DNA of 64,000 nucleotides from Gammaproteobacteria bacterium (lineage in GTDB: Bacteria; Pseudomonadota; Gammaproteobacteria; CAJXQU01), in assembly GCA_965238175.1 (NCBI GenBank), contig CBDEGZ010000003.1, positions 896,001-960,000 of the forward strand, in the 5' to 3' direction. The notes under the pieces were generated by a model. It ran no database searches. It was not told the DNA's origin and was given only the letters and a program-made list of their open reading frames with translations. Shown here in pieces: positions 63,094 through 64,000 of this stretch (its first letter is position 1; each line of letters begins with the position of its first letter). The translations under genes and the position numbers were made by a program.

Positions 63094-63141
63094 ATTTTGA
63101 TCACTACCGTTAGTTAATTTTAAAAAATAAACAAATTTATT

Positions 63142-63176
63142 TTGACATTTTTTATTTGTTTCATATAAGATACAAC
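63142..63176 (+). promoter_or_regulatory. Sigma-70 promoter with an overlapping NsrR-like palindrome
   Basis: TTGACA (63142), TAAGAT (63166); GTTTCAT-N5-ATACAAC at 63158-63176. Confidence 0.5.
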
Positions 63177-63211
63177 TATAAATAATTTTTATCAATACAA
63201 GGAGATAAAAA

Positions 63212-63739
63212 ATGCAGGAAATAGCTTGGGGTATTTCTCTAGTGCTCATGTTAGTTATCATCGGTGTCTTTATGTTTGTTGTTATAAACTCTGGACAAAA
63301 AGTTGAATACGCGCCGGTACAAACGCGTTTCTATAAAGTGCGCAGTGGTTTGTTTTGGGTAATGGTCGCTGGTTTTTTCGTGGTGACATTCAGTACTATT
63401 CAAGGAATGCCATACGCAGCCAAGGATTTAGACACAAGCACAGGTGAGATACAGGTTATCGATGTAGAAGGCTTTCAATGGTATTGGAAGTTAAGCAATA
63501 GCAAAGTAAAGGTAAATCGACCGGTTTTGTTTAATGTCACAAGTGGGGATGTTAATCATGGTTTGGGGATCTATGACGAAAGCCTAACCTTGTTAGCACA
63601 AACACAGGCAATGCCTGACTATATCAATAAGCTTGAATACACCTTTAAGAAACCTGGCACTTATAAGATTTTGTGTATGGAATATTGTGGTATGGCACAT
63701 CATGTTATGACCGCCGTTATTGAAGTTACCTCAGAATAA
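63212..63739 (+). CDS. Heme-copper oxidase subunit II (CuA), sNOR/NorS-like
   Basis: Two TM helices; DVNHG and CMEYCGMAHHVM CuA motif. Confidence 0.85.
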   Translation: MQEIAWGISLVLMLVIIGVFMFVVINSGQKVEYAPVQTRFYKVRSGLFWVMVAGFFVVTFSTIQGMPYAAKDLDTSTGEIQVIDVEGFQWYWKLSNSKVKVNRPVLFNVTSGDVNHGLGIYDESLTLLAQTQAMPDYINKLEYTFKKPGTYKILCMEYCGMAHHVMTAVIEVTSE

Positions 63740-63754
63740 TTTCAGGAGAGAAGA

Positions 63755-64000
63755 ATGTCATCATCAATTTCCGTTACTCATCCAAATTTAAGCCACGGCG
63801 CACGTAATACGCTACTACTCTACCTCGCAATTAGCGCCGTGGTCTTTTTATTAATGATGGTTTTTGGAACCACATTACGTTACGAACAAGGGCAATGGTT
63901 AGGCTTAGGCCCCGAATATTTCTATCAAATAATGACTGCGCATGGTGTCGGTATGGTGGGTATATCCGGTTTAGCAGCCAGTGCCGTAATGTGGTTTTTC
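63755..64000 (+). CDS. Heme-copper oxidase subunit I, sNOR/NorY-like (3' partial)
   Basis: MSSSISVTHP...FYQIMTAHGVGMVG (helix II heme-ligand His); AGGAG RBS; runs off the window. Confidence 0.75.
   Translation, partial: MSSSISVTHPNLSHGARNTLLLYLAISAVVFLLMMVFGTTLRYEQGQWLGLGPEYFYQIMTAHGVGMVGISGLAASAVMWFF

Overview
AT-rich gammaproteobacterial chromosome segment. It opens with the end of the spc operon and the alpha ribosomal operon (rplR' to rplQ), then an IS481 copy, ettA, yaaA and a prfA-prmC-(small ORF)-moeB-JAB operon. A higher-GC accessory island follows at about 14.1-31.0 kb. It encodes a large secreted adhesin-like protein and a Sec-exported SpvB/FG-GAP/YD-repeat Rhs polymorphic toxin with a lipoprotein immunity gene. 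It also carries an orphan Rhs toxin/immunity module, IS fragments and a REP-associated tyrosine (HUH) transposase (RAYT). Downstream are a fused GltD/PyrK-like flavoprotein, dacB, an aa3 cytochrome c oxidase cluster, a fae homolog, sixA, metY, an IS1111 element next to a second IS481, sucAB-lpdA, gltA-mdh and nirC divergent from an sNOR-like heme-copper oxidase. The best candidate for an undescribed system is the Rhs array. The RAYT gene is bracketed by inverted GGGGTCAG-core repeats, and the same motif recurs at nearly every module junction of the toxin/immunity array, including the exact start of the orphan Rhs duplication. This suggests HUH-nuclease-assisted shuffling of toxin cassettes. 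All family calls come from motif recognition by eye; no database searches were run.
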